Assembly: GCF_000328665.1 (NCBI RefSeq)
Contig: NC_019977.1
Coordinates: forward strand, 2,224,011 to 2,288,010
Length of the DNA stretch: 64,000 nt
Direction: 5' to 3'
From: Methanomethylovorans hollandica DSM 15978
GTDB taxonomy: Archaea; Halobacteriota; Methanosarcinia; Methanosarcinales; Methanosarcinaceae
Position numbers and translations under genes: made by a program. The notes beneath the pieces were generated by a model, which did not search any database, was not told the origin of the DNA, and saw nothing but the letters and a program-made list of their open reading frames with translations. Positions 30,240 to 41,869 of this stretch are shown here, piece by piece; position 1 is the stretch's first letter, and each line of letters starts with the position of its first letter.

Positions 30240-30572
30240 ATGAGCAGAGTATTCAGCGACATGGACAAACAGATATTTGACAAACTTGCACCTGAACTTG
30301 GCGGAAATACGACATCAGCAGGAGGACACAACTATCCTTTCATTTTAAGGCCTCTGTCCCATAAGATAGCACAATCTGCAGAGGATTTCAGGGAGAGAAT
30401 AGAGCGCTTGAGCGTGGAAGAGCTGGATTATCTGGTGAAACTTGCACTGGAAAACAAAGAAGACATACGTTCCCTTGAATCTGAAGATATTGACACCATC
30501 ATAGAACTGGTAGAGCAGAAGATCTCTCTGGAGCGCATGAAAGAACTCAAACAGCATCTGGGCATAGTCTGA
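30240..30572 (+). CDS. hypothetical protein
   Basis: 110-aa ORF translationally coupled to the next gene (TGATG). Confidence 0.75.
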   Translation: MSRVFSDMDKQIFDKLAPELGGNTTSAGGHNYPFILRPLSHKIAQSAEDFRERIERLSVEELDYLVKLALENKEDIRSLESEDIDTIIELVEQKISLERMKELKQHLGIV

Positions 30573-31408
30573 TGAAACATAAGGAATTGCTTTTTGGAAC
30601 AGCCGGTGCCCCTTATTCTTCAGCTAAAGGCACCACTGTGAAAGGTATCCGTAGAGTAAAGGAACTGGGTCTTGGCTGCATGGAAATAGAGTTCGTGCGG
30701 GGAGTGAAGATGGGGGCGAATTCTGCAATGGATGTGCAGAGAACAGCCACATCTCAGAATGTAGCCCTTAGCGTGCATGCACCTTATTATATCAATCTGA
30801 ATTCATCAGAACCCGAAAAGATAGATGCAAGTATCAAGAGGATATATGACTCTGCGTTCATTGGCTCCATTTGCGGAGCTCGCTCCATAGTATTTCATCC
30901 TGCCTACTACCAGAAAGATAAGCCTGAAGACGTTTTTTCAAGAGTTTTGGGAAAACTGCAGGAACTCACAACCAGAATAGCTGAAGAGAGTATTGATACG
31001 GTACTCAGGCCCGAGACCACAGGCAAGCCCACACAGTTCGGCAGCCTTGATGAAACCCTCAGCATGTGCAGCCAGCTGGAAAAAGTGCTTCCATGCATCG
31101 ATTTTGCGCATCTGCACGCAAGAAGTAACGGGAAAGAGAATTCATACGAAGAATTCACTAATGTACTTGAAAAGGTCGAAAACATGCTTGGAAGGGAAGC
31201 TCTCGAAAACATGCATGTACATATTTCAGGCATTGAATATGGACCAAAGGGAGAAAAGAACCATCTGAAACTGGATGAATCAGATCTCAGGTACATGGAA
31301 CTGCTGCAGGCTTTCAAGGACTTCCGGGCAAAGGGTCTTGTAATATCCGAAAGCCCGGATAATGAAGGAGATGCTCTACTCCTCAAAAGAACTTATGAGG
31401 GTATTTAG
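30572..31408 (+). CDS. endonuclease IV-like TIM-barrel protein
   Basis: HAPYYINL, VFHP, RPETTGK, CIDFAH, HVH and ISESP. Confidence 0.9.
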   Translation: MKHKELLFGTAGAPYSSAKGTTVKGIRRVKELGLGCMEIEFVRGVKMGANSAMDVQRTATSQNVALSVHAPYYINLNSSEPEKIDASIKRIYDSAFIGSICGARSIVFHPAYYQKDKPEDVFSRVLGKLQELTTRIAEESIDTVLRPETTGKPTQFGSLDETLSMCSQLEKVLPCIDFAHLHARSNGKENSYEEFTNVLEKVENMLGREALENMHVHISGIEYGPKGEKNHLKLDESDLRYMELLQAFKDFRAKGLVISESPDNEGDALLLKRTYEGI

Positions 31409-31415
31409 TGACCCT

Positions 31416-32798
31416 TCATACCCGGTGTTCTTCCGTAGATCGAGAGCATGATACCTGCCCGGTGCAGGCCGTTGCAAGAGAGGAGATATCCCCATTCTCA
31501 TTTATGATATCAACATGTATGTTGATACCACTTTCTTCAATATAATGACTGATACGCTCAAAAGCATGGTAGATCATTCCGCCATGCGTGATTATAAGAC
31601 ACCTCTGTCCGCACAGGGCATTGAGTATAGAGCGGTCTATAACTCCGGAGGTAATGTCGAGGCGTATGTTGTCCCTCTCGGCTATGAGTTTGCTCCTTTT
31701 GCCCATGGCTCCGACTGTATCCACATCACCGTTGGCAATGAACAACTGCAGGAAATCAGTATCGTGATGATCGGTATCATAGATCATGATGGAGCCTGCG
31801 CGCACATAACGTCTGCTGAGTTCCACTATTGCCATGCAGTCCTCGTGTATATGCAGCACTTTCCCGTTGACTGCCTCCATAGGATAGTTCAATGCGAACT
31901 CACCGTGAAGCAGACCCAGATTAATATAATCTCCTGCTTTGACATCTGGAGACACTTTAACCCACATGAGTTCAGGCTCTTTCAGTATCCTTACCAGGCC
32001 GGGTATATCCTTGGGACAGCCATTAGTCTTGACGAGACTGCGCCTGCGCAGCTCCTCATACACCTCAAGTATCTGGGGCTTTCTCAGATATGCCCTCTGG
32101 AGCAGCTCCTCATTTCTGAAAATGTCCTCAGGTATCCCTTCACCGATCATCTGCTGATTGGTCATGATGAACACATAATCCGCCCACCTGTAAGCCAGGT
32201 CCACATCATGAGTAGAGATGATTATTGTTTTGCCGAAGTAGTTAAGTTCATTCAGTAGGTCCATTACCTCATCCGCACCCACCGGATCAAGATTTGACAG
32301 CGGCTCATCAAGGATGATAACCTCCGGTTCCATGGCAACGATACCTGCAATGGCAACTCTCTTCTTCTGGCCGCCGCTTAAGTGATGCGGAGGTTTTTTC
32401 TTGAGCGGGTTAAGTCCCACATAATCAAGAGTGCTCTGCACCACAGAGGTTACTTTTTCCTTTGAATAACCCAGGTTCGTTGGACCAAAGGCCACGTCCT
32501 GGTAAATGCTGGGTGCAAAAAGCTGATCATCCGAATTCTGGAATACAATGCCTACGTTCTTGCGCAGTTCGCGCAGGGACTTTGCATCATACTTCACAGG
32601 TTCACCATGGAAGAGCACATCCCCTGTCTTCGGGACCAGGGTGCCGTTAAGGGTCAGGAACAGCGTGGATTTCCCGGAACCATTGCGGCCTACAAAAGCT
32701 ATTTTTTTACCCATATCTATCCTGACGCTTACATTATCAAGGGCAATTGTGCCGTCCGGATAACTGTATACAAGATCTCTGGTTTCCAGGATTGTCAT
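31416..32798 (-). CDS. cbiO: cobalt ECF transporter ATPase CbiO with C-terminal extension
   Basis: [21 protein letters not shown]; lies in the cbiMNQ cluster. Confidence 0.9.
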   Translation of the reverse strand: MTILETRDLVYSYPDGTIALDNVSVRIDMGKKIAFVGRNGSGKSTLFLTLNGTLVPKTGDVLFHGEPVKYDAKSLRELRKNVGIVFQNSDDQLFAPSIYQDVAFGPTNLGYSKEKVTSVVQSTLDYVGLNPLKKKPPHHLSGGQKKRVAIAGIVAMEPEVIILDEPLSNLDPVGADEVMDLLNELNYFGKTIIISTHDVDLAYRWADYVFIMTNQQMIGEGIPEDIFRNEELLQRAYLRKPQILEVYEELRRRSLVKTNGCPKDIPGLVRILKEPELMWVKVSPDVKAGDYINLGLLHGEFALNYPMEAVNGKVLHIHEDCMAIVELSRRYVRAGSIMIYDTDHHDTDFLQLFIANGDVDTVGAMGKRSKLIAERDNIRLDITSGVIDRSILNALCGQRCLIITHGGMIYHAFERISHYIEESGINIHVDIINENGDISSLATACTGQVSCSRSTEEHRV

Positions 32799-32806
32799 GA
32801 TCTACC

Positions 32807-33589
32807 TCAGATAAGAAGGATGTTCCTCGTGGAATAGAAAACTACGAGGACTAAGATAAAATATGCGGAGGTAAGTGCAACTTCGGACCTCTTTATCGGA
32901 CGGTGCTCCTCCAGCAGCATGAACTTGCCATCATAACACCTTGAGTTCATGGAAACATAAAGCTTTTCTCCCTGTTCCCATGCCCTTATGAAAAGAGATG
33001 TAGCCAGCATTCCTATAGACCTGAGAGAAGTCCTGAAATCCTTGTAGCCCAACCTGACAGTTTGGGCATACTTTATGCCCATGGCCACCTCCATGAAGAC
33101 AAAGATATAGCGATACATCATCATGGCTATCTCTATGAAGGAATCCGGGAAACGGGTTGCCTTCAGCACAGAGAAGAGCTCTATCATAGGAGTTGAAAGC
33201 GAAAGGAAAAAAAGACAGGACATACCGCTGATAGTACGTGCAAGCACCACTAAAGCCATGTTCAGACCCCCGGTACTGACCCCAAGCCTATGACCCCACA
33301 GATCAAAACCAAAGACCTCACTACCATTACCTGAAAAGAAAGCAATGATGACTACGCTGATCAGCACGAATCCTGCGGGCGCAGCCAGGATCTTTAAGTA
33401 GAAACTTGTAGGCACCTTACTGAAACGGATGGTTGCAATACCCATACATAGAGCTATTACAAAAGGTGTGACAGGAGAATTGGAAGAAACACCCATAACT
33501 ATGCCGAAAGCCGTTATGGCTATCTTGAGCCAGTTGTTTTTTTCACGCAGGGGGCTGTTAAGGGCGTAATCGTCCAAGATAGATGTCAT
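32807..33589 (-). CDS. cbiQ: cobalt ECF transporter T component
   Basis: Hydrophobic; STP, MYRYIF, AQTVRLGY and SMNSRCY motifs. Confidence 0.92.
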   Translation of the reverse strand: MTSILDDYALNSPLREKNNWLKIAITAFGIVMGVSSNSPVTPFVIALCMGIATIRFSKVPTSFYLKILAAPAGFVLISVVIIAFFSGNGSEVFGFDLWGHRLGVSTGGLNMALVVLARTISGMSCLFFLSLSTPMIELFSVLKATRFPDSFIEIAMMMYRYIFVFMEVAMGIKYAQTVRLGYKDFRTSLRSIGMLATSLFIRAWEQGEKLYVSMNSRCYDGKFMLLEEHRPIKRSEVALTSAYFILVLVVFYSTRNILLI

Positions 33590-33767
33590 AATGTGTCCTG
33601 TATACCTTATTAAATCAACAAAATTTGTTTTTGTAAAAAAGCTCCTTTTCAAGCTGGATTGAAATTTATATTAGATAAGTTTTCCGTTTTGTAATAGCCA
33701 CTTTGGGAAGTATAACAGAAAAGATAAAAAGGATTTTTTTGAAAAACATAACGGGTTGTAAAACCCA

Positions 33768-34058
33768 TTATTGACCTGACTGGTTCTTTCCTCTGTAGTA
33801 CCCAAAGAAGTAACCAATAACTAAGGAACCGATAGCTGCCTGGAGGGCAAAGAGCAGACTTTCAGTTTCCCCACCTGGTGGCTCGAACTTCGGGAAACCC
33901 GGGTCCCAGGCTTCATAATCAGGGTCAATATCTGAGATGAGATCCTCTGCTGCACCATCTGCGCCCCCGAATTCCGACCCAGGATTAGCTGCAAGTGCAT
34001 ATAAGAATTGGGCCACGAAGAGTATTACTATAGCTCCCACGATGTACTCTAATTTCAT
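33768..34058 (-). CDS. cbiN: cobalt transport protein CbiN
   Basis: FGGADG, PPGGETESLLFALQAAIG. Confidence 0.94.
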   Translation of the reverse strand: MKLEYIVGAIVILFVAQFLYALAANPGSEFGGADGAAEDLISDIDPDYEAWDPGFPKFEPPGGETESLLFALQAAIGSLVIGYFFGYYRGKNQSGQ

Positions 34059-34762
34059 CCCACAGCCCCCTTAAGCTTATTCACGGCCTCTGATGTGAGA
34101 ACCTTTAGGTTCACAAGCACATCACCCTTTACCTGCACCACATATTTCATTATAAGGGCCGTGAGCGCACCCTCCATAATGGCAAGTGGCACCTGAGTTG
34201 TGGCGAACACCGCTGCAAATGCGGTGAACGAAGACAGAAAACCCGAAACCGTAAGAACACCACCTGCGGGGAAAGCCAGTGCAAGTTGAGTGGATGTCAC
34301 CACATAAGTTACCCAGTCGGCTATTGCAGTAGCCAGGAATATGTTGAGATAAAAGTTCACATTGACCTTTGCAGCTGCCTTGTAGAATGCATAAGCCACA
34401 AACGGACCCAATATACCCATGGATGCAACATTTGCTCCCAGTGTGCTTATTCCTCCATGACTGAGGAACAGGGCCTGATATATAAGGACAATTAGACCAA
34501 GAACAGATGTTATTGCCGGACCGAAAAGCACGGCTGCCATGCCAGTACCTGTAGGATGTGATGAACTGCCTGTGACCGAGGGAAGCTTAAGGGATGAAAG
34601 TACAAAGATGAAAGCTCCGGCCACTGCAAGCAGAGGCACTATCTCCCTGCGTTCACTCACGAGCCTGTTCAACCGATACATACCGAACAAGATTATGGGT
34701 ATGGAGAATACAAACCATAACTGCCACCAGGGTGATGGCATGAACCCTTCGAATATATGCAT
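34055..34762 (-). CDS. cbiM: cobalt ECF transporter S component
   Basis: Starts MHIFEG; GSSSHPTG and HGG motifs. Confidence 0.95.
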   Translation of the reverse strand: MHIFEGFMPSPWWQLWFVFSIPIILFGMYRLNRLVSERREIVPLLAVAGAFIFVLSSLKLPSVTGSSSHPTGTGMAAVLFGPAITSVLGLIVLIYQALFLSHGGISTLGANVASMGILGPFVAYAFYKAAAKVNVNFYLNIFLATAIADWVTYVVTSTQLALAFPAGGVLTVSGFLSSFTAFAAVFATTQVPLAIMEGALTALIMKYVVQVKGDVLVNLKVLTSEAVNKLKGAVG

Positions 34763-34976
34763 AATCGTCACCTTCCTATCGTTTTCCAACTGGATAATCA
34801 AGTTAATTTGCTTTAAGTAAATGTGACTTACATGTTATTATACATAAAGGTAACGATTCTTGTTTCAAACGATTAAAGGTTTAGCAATAAAGGAGACAGA
34901 TATACCTAATAACTTAATTAATATTGTATAAAGGATATGTGCATATAAAAAATGTAACACAGTAGTCAAATTGAAC

Positions 34977-35561
34977 TTAGCGCTGCACCACTAGGAGACA
35001 GTACATGTCAGACTCCGCAAGAGGCGGATTTTGTACTGAACCAACCACTGCCCTTTCTTCAGGATAGCCGATGTTCTCATAAAGGCAGATCTTTGCCTCA
35101 ACACCCATTTCCCGCAACAGATCAGCCACTTCCTTAGAACCGAAGTTCTCTGCGGGTAACAGGAATATGTTCTTTCCCAAACCGACCTCTCTTATGAGAG
35201 CTTCCCTGGCAGGCGATGGATCACGTCCGTGTGCAGTGATAATGGCAAGATGAGACATCTCTACATGAAAACGGGCGCATGAAGCCTGGATTGAGGAAAC
35301 TCCTGTGATCACTTTGTCATTTTCATCGGCGAACTTTCCAAGTCCTGAGAACATGGGATCGCCCGTGGAAAGCACTACAGCATCAGCAGGCAACAGATGG
35401 AGTTCCCTGTAGTTCTTGATGATGTGAGCTTCACAGTTGATGAAGTCCTTCACAAGCTCGATGGACCTGCCTGAACCATATATCACAGGAGCACTACGGA
35501 TAGCTGCAATGGCTTCCTGGGTCAGCATATTGGGACCAACGCCTACACCTACGATGATCAT
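34977..35561 (-). CDS. cbiE: cobalt-precorrin-7 C5-methyltransferase
   Basis: [22 protein letters not shown] and ENIGYPEE motifs. Confidence 0.85.
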   Translation of the reverse strand: MIIVGVGVGPNMLTQEAIAAIRSAPVIYGSGRSIELVKDFINCEAHIIKNYRELHLLPADAVVLSTGDPMFSGLGKFADENDKVITGVSSIQASCARFHVEMSHLAIITAHGRDPSPAREALIREVGLGKNIFLLPAENFGSKEVADLLREMGVEAKICLYENIGYPEERAVVGSVQNPPLAESDMYCLLVVQR

Positions 35562-36574
35562 GCCTTTTCCCCGCTGTCCATGAGCACAGTGCCATCCCTG
35601 TCGACGACCACGACTCTTGCACCATGAGCTTTTTCCACTGCCATATCAAAAGCTTTTTTAAGCCTTTCGTTATCAGGGTCCAGTTCCAGCATCTCCACCA
35701 CCGTGGCATACCCGCTGTCTGCGAGCATATTCGGGTCCCCCCACTTGAGCACAAGACCGGGTAGTCCGCAAATAATAACATCACCCTTTGCAGCCGCTAC
35801 AGCATCGGATATGCGGCTGCCTGCAAGCACCACCGTATATCCAGGGAACAGCATGGTAGAATAGCGTATGCCTATTCTGCCGGTCGTGAGCACTACCTTG
35901 TCAGCGCTGCGTATAAGATCCTCTTTCATCTCGCCCAGATGATCATTCCAGGGTTCCACGAAACCCGTAGTGCCCAGGATGGATATTCCCCCTTCCACAC
36001 CAATGCGGCTGTTCAGGGTCTGCTTGGCAACCTCAGCACCGCGAGGGAGAGATAAAGTTACCTCAGCACCCTGCAGGCCAAGCTCTTCAACGGCTTCAGC
36101 AATAGCTGCCTTTATCTGTTCCATGGGCCTGGGATTGATGGCAGGATACCCTTTCTTTGACTCCAGGCCGTTCCTTGTTACGATACCTATACCCTCGCCT
36201 GCCCGAATAACGATACCTTCAACCTCTCTGGCATCCGCCACGAATTCAAGCCCACGGGTGATATCGGATTCATGATCGTTATATACCTTTACAGCAACTG
36301 CATGACCATTTACAGCCTGCACATCCATCTCAGCCCTCAATCCCACCGGGGTGGGCACAGATAAATGAGAGACAGGTTTACGTAAAGAGAGCACTGCAGC
36401 TTTAGCTGCGAATGTTGCTGTTGTCCCGGTGGTATAACCCCTCCTGAGTACAGAGCCATCGCTTAAGAGAACAAGTCTTCCACTTTCAATGCCTTTTATG
36501 AGCTCGTCCCTGGGCACATTGGAACGCGCAACCCACTCTTCTGGGATCTTGGATTTATTCACCGGATCTATCAT
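35558..36574 (-). CDS. cbiD: cobalt-precorrin-5B C1-methyltransferase
   Basis: [23 protein letters not shown]. Confidence 0.95.
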   Translation of the reverse strand: MIDPVNKSKIPEEWVARSNVPRDELIKGIESGRLVLLSDGSVLRRGYTTGTTATFAAKAAVLSLRKPVSHLSVPTPVGLRAEMDVQAVNGHAVAVKVYNDHESDITRGLEFVADAREVEGIVIRAGEGIGIVTRNGLESKKGYPAINPRPMEQIKAAIAEAVEELGLQGAEVTLSLPRGAEVAKQTLNSRIGVEGGISILGTTGFVEPWNDHLGEMKEDLIRSADKVVLTTGRIGIRYSTMLFPGYTVVLAGSRISDAVAAAKGDVIICGLPGLVLKWGDPNMLADSGYATVVEMLELDPDNERLKKAFDMAVEKAHGARVVVVDRDGTVLMDSGEKA

Positions 36575-36615
36575 CGAAAACTCAATTGTGGTACAAAGTT
36601 ATAAAAGTAGCGAAT

Positions 36616-38466
36616 TCATCCTGTTCTTTTGAACATGCGGTCAAGTTCCTCCCTTGTAAAAGATAACATGGTCGGACGGCCATGAGGGCATGTGTATGGA
36701 TTCTTGCATTTCTTAAGCTGGCGGATGAGATCAGCCATCTGCTCCTTATTGCACACAGCACCCGCCTTTATGGCAGCTCTGCACGCCATAGTACTAAAAA
36801 CATGGTCATATATCTCGGTATCGTCCTTTATCCTGCCAACAGATAGCAGGTCAGATACTATGTCATGTACCACATCAGGGCTTTCCATCCTGCCAAATAT
36901 CGTAGGCACAGTAGTAACTACATAGGTATCAGGACCAAACTCGGAGATGCTGAAACCCACCTCTTCCAGATACGGAATGAACTCCTCCAGAATGACACGC
37001 TCCTTCGGATTAAGTTCCAGTGTCACGGGGTTCAGAAGCTCCTGCCATCCCATATCCCTGGAATCCATCACACGTTCATACATGACACGCTCATGAGCAG
37101 CATGCTGGTCTATCAGCAGCAGTTTTTTCTCCACCTCTGCAATTACATACAGATCTCCAAACTGACCCATTACCTTCACGTCATCTGCAACGAAAGCACT
37201 TTCTTCTTCCCGGGAAGAGGATTCCAGCCTGGACTGGAGGCGTGCACTTGCTTTGAGCCTCCTTTCAGTGTCCTTTGGAGGAGGATGATAAGGAGTTGGC
37301 TCTTCAAGAACACGAGATCCCAAATACACCTTATCCTGAGCCTTATTTTGCAATTTAGTTTCTTCTTCACTTTTATGTTCGTACAAGACTTTCTGGACAG
37401 GAGAAGGCTTATACTTAACTTTGATCTCAGGAACAAGATGATTAGAACTTAGAGCGTTCTCCACAGCAGCAGTAACAGCTTCCATGATCTCTTTTTCATG
37501 GCTGAGCCTCACTTCGGTTTTACGCGGATGCACGTTCACATCCACTATTCGGGGGTCTATCTCAAGCTTCAGAAAAGCTGCCGGGTACCTGCCCTTGGGA
37601 AGAAGGGTGTAGTAACCAAGCCTTATGGCGTTACTTATAGCCTTTGAGGTGATGCTGCGCCCGTTGATATAGAAGGATTGCAGGTCCGAACCACTGCGAC
37701 TGAGTTCAGGTTTGGAGATGTAGCCTGAGATCTTCACAAGGTCATTTTCCCACACAACAGACACCAGCAATCTGGCAACCTCTGCTCCGTGGATATGTAC
37801 GATGTTGTCGAACATATTATTGGTAGCAGGAGAACGTAAAACAACCTTACCTTCGTTCAGGAGAGTGAAAGAGATATCAGGATGGGCTATAGCATAGTTA
37901 GTAACGAACTCAGTGATATGGGCAAGTTCAGTGCGACTGCTTTTGAGATACTTCCTCCGGGCAGGTGTGCTATGGAACAGATCGGCCACCTCCACAGTGG
38001 TACCTGTGGGAGCACCTACTTCGGATACGGACTCCACACCATTGCTGTCTACCATAACCTTTGTACCAGCTACATCCCAGCCCCTGCGGGTGATAAGGAT
38101 AACTTTTGCAACTGCAGCCATTGAAGAAAGAGCCTCACCTCTGAACCCAAGTGTACGGACAAGTTCCAGATCATCGATGCTGGTAAGCTTACTGGTAGCA
38201 TGTTTCTTGAAAGCCATGGATGCGTCCATGTGGCTCATACCGTGACCATTGTCCCTGACAGCGATCCTTTTGACACCAGAGCCTTCGATCTCAACTTTAA
38301 TCTCGGTGGCTCCCGCATCAATGGAATTGTCAAGCAACTCTTTAACTGCCGAAGCAGGTCTTTCTATTACCTCACCCGCAGCGATCTTACTGATCGTATC
38401 ATCGTCAAGCAGATGTATCCTGTTGCTGTCCACATCACATGCATCATCGACCATATCATTCCCCAC
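36616..38466 (-). CDS. mutL: DNA mismatch repair endonuclease MutL
   Basis: IAAGEVIERP, GFRGEAL, DQHAAHER, CPHGRP. Confidence 0.97.
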   Translation of the reverse strand: MGNDMVDDACDVDSNRIHLLDDDTISKIAAGEVIERPASAVKELLDNSIDAGATEIKVEIEGSGVKRIAVRDNGHGMSHMDASMAFKKHATSKLTSIDDLELVRTLGFRGEALSSMAAVAKVILITRRGWDVAGTKVMVDSNGVESVSEVGAPTGTTVEVADLFHSTPARRKYLKSSRTELAHITEFVTNYAIAHPDISFTLLNEGKVVLRSPATNNMFDNIVHIHGAEVARLLVSVVWENDLVKISGYISKPELSRSGSDLQSFYINGRSITSKAISNAIRLGYYTLLPKGRYPAAFLKLEIDPRIVDVNVHPRKTEVRLSHEKEIMEAVTAAVENALSSNHLVPEIKVKYKPSPVQKVLYEHKSEEETKLQNKAQDKVYLGSRVLEEPTPYHPPPKDTERRLKASARLQSRLESSSREEESAFVADDVKVMGQFGDLYVIAEVEKKLLLIDQHAAHERVMYERVMDSRDMGWQELLNPVTLELNPKERVILEEFIPYLEEVGFSISEFGPDTYVVTTVPTIFGRMESPDVVHDIVSDLLSVGRIKDDTEIYDHVFSTMACRAAIKAGAVCNKEQMADLIRQLKKCKNPYTCPHGRPTMLSFTREELDRMFKRTG

Positions 38467-41116
38467 TTTCGTCCAGTAATTTCTTAAGACTATTGATCAT
38501 GTTCAAGGCATCCACAGGAGTCAGGATATTGACATCCAGGGACTTTAGCTCCTCCAGCACTGGATGCTTTACATCCGCCTTCGGCGAACTCCCGCCATCG
38601 AACAGCATGAGCTGGGTATATCTGGCAGTGCTCTTGCCCTTACCTTTCTTTGGCCTGCCCTCACGGTTGATGGCACTCTCACTTTCTATCTCCCTGAGTA
38701 CTTCTTTTGCGCGGGAAGTAACAGCATGCGGCACACCTGCAAGCCTTGCCACATGAATACCGTAACTTCTGTCAGTGGCTCCAGGCACTATCTTACGCAG
38801 GAACACCAGATCGTCTCCTTCCTCTTTCACCGCAATATGCAGGTTCTTAACCCGCTTGAGAGTGCCTTCCAGCTCAGTAAGCTGATGATAGTGAGTGGCA
38901 AACATGGACCTCACGCCCACCTTACTTTTATTGTGTATGTATTCCACAACAGCCTTTGCGATACTGTACCCGTCGTAAGTGCTCGTACCCCGTCCGATCT
39001 CATCCAGCAGCAGCAGGCTCTTTGGAGTGGAATTGTTAAGGATGTTGGCAAGCTCCACCATCTCCACCATGAAAGTGCTTTGTCCGCTGGCAAGATCGTC
39101 AAAAGCTCCGACCCTTGTGAAGACCCTGTCCACTATGCCTATGGAGGCATGAGAAGCAGGTACGAAAGAGCCTACCTGCGCCATGATGACAATGAGCGCA
39201 GTCTGGCGCATGTATGTGGATTTTCCTGCCATGTTGGGACCTGTGATGAGCAGGAACTGGTTGTCCTCACAATCGATCTCAGTATCATTAGGCACGAAAC
39301 CTCCCGGCACGGTACTTTCCACTACAGGGTGCCGCCCATCTCTGATGAGTATCCTGCAATCGCTGGTAACCGCCGGCCTGATAAAGTTATTATGTACAGC
39401 AACCTCAGCAAGGTTCACCAACACATCGAACTGCCCTATGAGAAAAGCAGCTCTCTGTAACTGCCTGGAATATGAAGCCACAGTAGCATTGACCTCGTTT
39501 AGCAGTTCATGTTCCAGAGCATGTGCCTTCTCATCTGCAGTAAGAATGGAAGTCTCCATCTCCTTAAGTTCAGGAGTGTAAAAACGTTCTGCATTGACCA
39601 TAGTCTGCTTGCGGATGTAATCATCCGGCACCTGCGAGCTGTTGGAACTGGTGACCTCCAGGTAGTAGCCGAATACTCTATTGTATCCGACTTTCAGGGA
39701 TTTGATGCCTGTCCGTTCACGCTCTTTCTGCTGGAAATCTGCCACCCACTTCTTGCCGTTGTGGGACAAGTCTTTGAGCTTGTCAAGTTCTGTATTGTAG
39801 CCGGGTCTGATCATGCCCCCTTCCCGTACACTTAATGGTGGCTCCTCAGCAATTGCCTTGCCTATGAGTTCCACGAGGGAGTTAAGTTCTTCAAAACCTT
39901 GTAATTCTTCAATAATGTCCCTGATAAGCCTGGAAGAAACATCATCTCCCACACACTGTATGAGCAAAGGTACTGCTTCCATAGACAATTTCAATGCAAC
40001 CAGATCCCTTGCATTGGAATTGCCATACATTACCCTGCCTACAAGCCTCTCGATATCCTTCACGTAGGCAAGATGAGAGCGTACATCAAAACGGACCAAA
40101 GTCTTACCTGAGAGTTCTTCCACAGCATCCAGGCGTTCATTTATCTCACTCACAGAGATCAGAGGCTTTAGCAGCCATTTCTTCAACATCCTGCCACCCA
40201 TGGGCGTGCTGGTCTGGTCCAGTATCTTAAGGAGAGATGTATCATTACCTTCTCCCCGGACATTGTGAACTATTTCAAGATTGCGCAGAGTGATGGAATC
40301 CAGGATCATGAACTCTGATTCGGAATATGTGGACAGGGATTGCACATGCCCCAGCTCCCTCATCTGAGTGGTGATGGCATAGTTAAGGGCAGCTCCTGCA
40401 GCAGCTATGGCCTGAGGGAGGGTATCGCAACCCATGCCTTCAAGGGTGGAAACACCGAAATGCTGTTTAAGATGCTCCCTTGCATTAGTTGTATCGAAGG
40501 CCATTTCATCGAATTCATGCACTATGACCTTTAGTTCCTCAAGACGCTGCATAAGGTGTTCGTTCCCGTAGAGATGCAGCGGAACTATACATTCCGCAGG
40601 CAGCATGCGGGCTACTTCGCTGGCTATCCTGTCGAAGGGCGATTCATCTGAAAACTGAGTCGCCATGAACTCGCCTGTGGACACATCCAGGAAGGACACA
40701 CCGAAATCCCCATTCTTTCCTGAGAGGGCCATGAGATAATTGTTAGTGGCATCACTGAACATGGATGGGTCTATGGCTGTGCCGGGTGTGACCACGCGTA
40801 CAACACCCCGTTTCACAACGCCTTTGGCTAACTTGGGATCTTCTAGCTGCTCACATATGGCAACCTTGTAGCCTTTCCTGATGAGGCGGGGCAGATATGT
40901 ATCAATGGCATGGTACGGTATGCCCGCAAGAGGCATGTTCTTGCCATCCTCCCCTTTGCCCCGGGTAGTGAGAGTGATCTCCAGCTCCCGGGCAATGGTC
41001 TTCGCGTCCTCTCCGAAAGACTCGTAAAAATCCCCCATCCTGAAAAAGATCAGGGCATCGCTATACTCTTTCTTTGCCGTATAGTACTGGTGCATGGCGG
41101 GGGTCATCTTGCTCAT
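38456..41116 (-). CDS. mutS: DNA mismatch repair protein MutS
   Basis: GDFYE, GPNMAGKS, DEIGRGTST, SYGIHVA. Confidence 0.97.
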   Translation of the reverse strand: MSKMTPAMHQYYTAKKEYSDALIFFRMGDFYESFGEDAKTIARELEITLTTRGKGEDGKNMPLAGIPYHAIDTYLPRLIRKGYKVAICEQLEDPKLAKGVVKRGVVRVVTPGTAIDPSMFSDATNNYLMALSGKNGDFGVSFLDVSTGEFMATQFSDESPFDRIASEVARMLPAECIVPLHLYGNEHLMQRLEELKVIVHEFDEMAFDTTNAREHLKQHFGVSTLEGMGCDTLPQAIAAAGAALNYAITTQMRELGHVQSLSTYSESEFMILDSITLRNLEIVHNVRGEGNDTSLLKILDQTSTPMGGRMLKKWLLKPLISVSEINERLDAVEELSGKTLVRFDVRSHLAYVKDIERLVGRVMYGNSNARDLVALKLSMEAVPLLIQCVGDDVSSRLIRDIIEELQGFEELNSLVELIGKAIAEEPPLSVREGGMIRPGYNTELDKLKDLSHNGKKWVADFQQKERERTGIKSLKVGYNRVFGYYLEVTSSNSSQVPDDYIRKQTMVNAERFYTPELKEMETSILTADEKAHALEHELLNEVNATVASYSRQLQRAAFLIGQFDVLVNLAEVAVHNNFIRPAVTSDCRILIRDGRHPVVESTVPGGFVPNDTEIDCEDNQFLLITGPNMAGKSTYMRQTALIVIMAQVGSFVPASHASIGIVDRVFTRVGAFDDLASGQSTFMVEMVELANILNNSTPKSLLLLDEIGRGTSTYDGYSIAKAVVEYIHNKSKVGVRSMFATHYHQLTELEGTLKRVKNLHIAVKEEGDDLVFLRKIVPGATDRSYGIHVARLAGVPHAVTSRAKEVLREIESESAINREGRPKKGKGKSTARYTQLMLFDGGSSPKADVKHPVLEELKSLDVNILTPVDALNMINSLKKLLDESGE

Positions 41117-41195
41117 GGTGCTGTGGTTTATCTGTGTGGTACTATTTTAGTGCTTTCATGGAGAGGAGAAAAGGCAATATGACCATTTGATTTAT

Positions 41196-41866
41196 AGAGG
41201 ATTCAGATTAACCCACTGTTTTTTACGTCACCATAAATTTCAAGTGACATTTATTCTCTCTACCTCTGTTTTTACTTCTTTCCTTTCATTTTTTCCTTGA
41301 TTTTAAGATAGCTTCTGCTATCCTAAATAATTCCTTTATGTTTGAGTGTCTTCAACTGGCGTAAGTTAAAGCAAAAAGCCGTCATAAGCATTTTTACATT
41401 TACTCTTTCCACAGTTGTAACAAGAACTTTTCCTGCATTGAATACTTCTTTGACCACCGAATATACTCGGTCTCCTGGAACTCTTTGGATACTTATGCCT
41501 CGGTTCCTTAGGATAGCACTTATTTCTAATGGATGTCCCCTTACGGCTCTCTGCATTGTCGTCAAGTTCAGCACAATAAAGACTATTTTATTGCTGTAGA
41601 AGTTAAAACATCACAATAACATCAGCTTCAGGCCTACCGCCTGAAGCTGTTCTATTGTTATACATCGATTTGAGAATAGGAAGAAATGGTTTCCAGTCTA
41701 TTAATGGTTCTATTTCAGCAAGTTTGTCACCAACAGATTGAAGACGTTTATATTTTTCATTAAGTGCAACACCAATTAAATATGGCATATTTATGAATTT
41801 ACTTAGCTATTAGTTATATTTCTGTAGGATGTTATGATGGGGAGAGAGGCTTATCGAAATTCTTTA
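41196..41866 (-). mobile_element. internally deleted IS5-family element remnant
   Basis: N-terminal transposase fragment 41603-41788 (GDKLAEI..LIDWKPF..GGRP) joined near 41560 to a C-terminal fragment (RGHPL...FCFNL); the DDE core is missing. End coordinates are approximate. Confidence 0.8.
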
Positions 41867-41869
41867 GAG

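Noticed and set aside
34810..34976. Cobalamin riboswitch or NikR box upstream of cbiM
   Set aside because: Short AT-rich spacer with no B12-box; only a weak GTTA..TAAC dyad
36616..41116. mutS-mutL in an archaeon as a novelty
   Set aside because: Bacterial-type MutS/MutL are already known in Methanosarcinales
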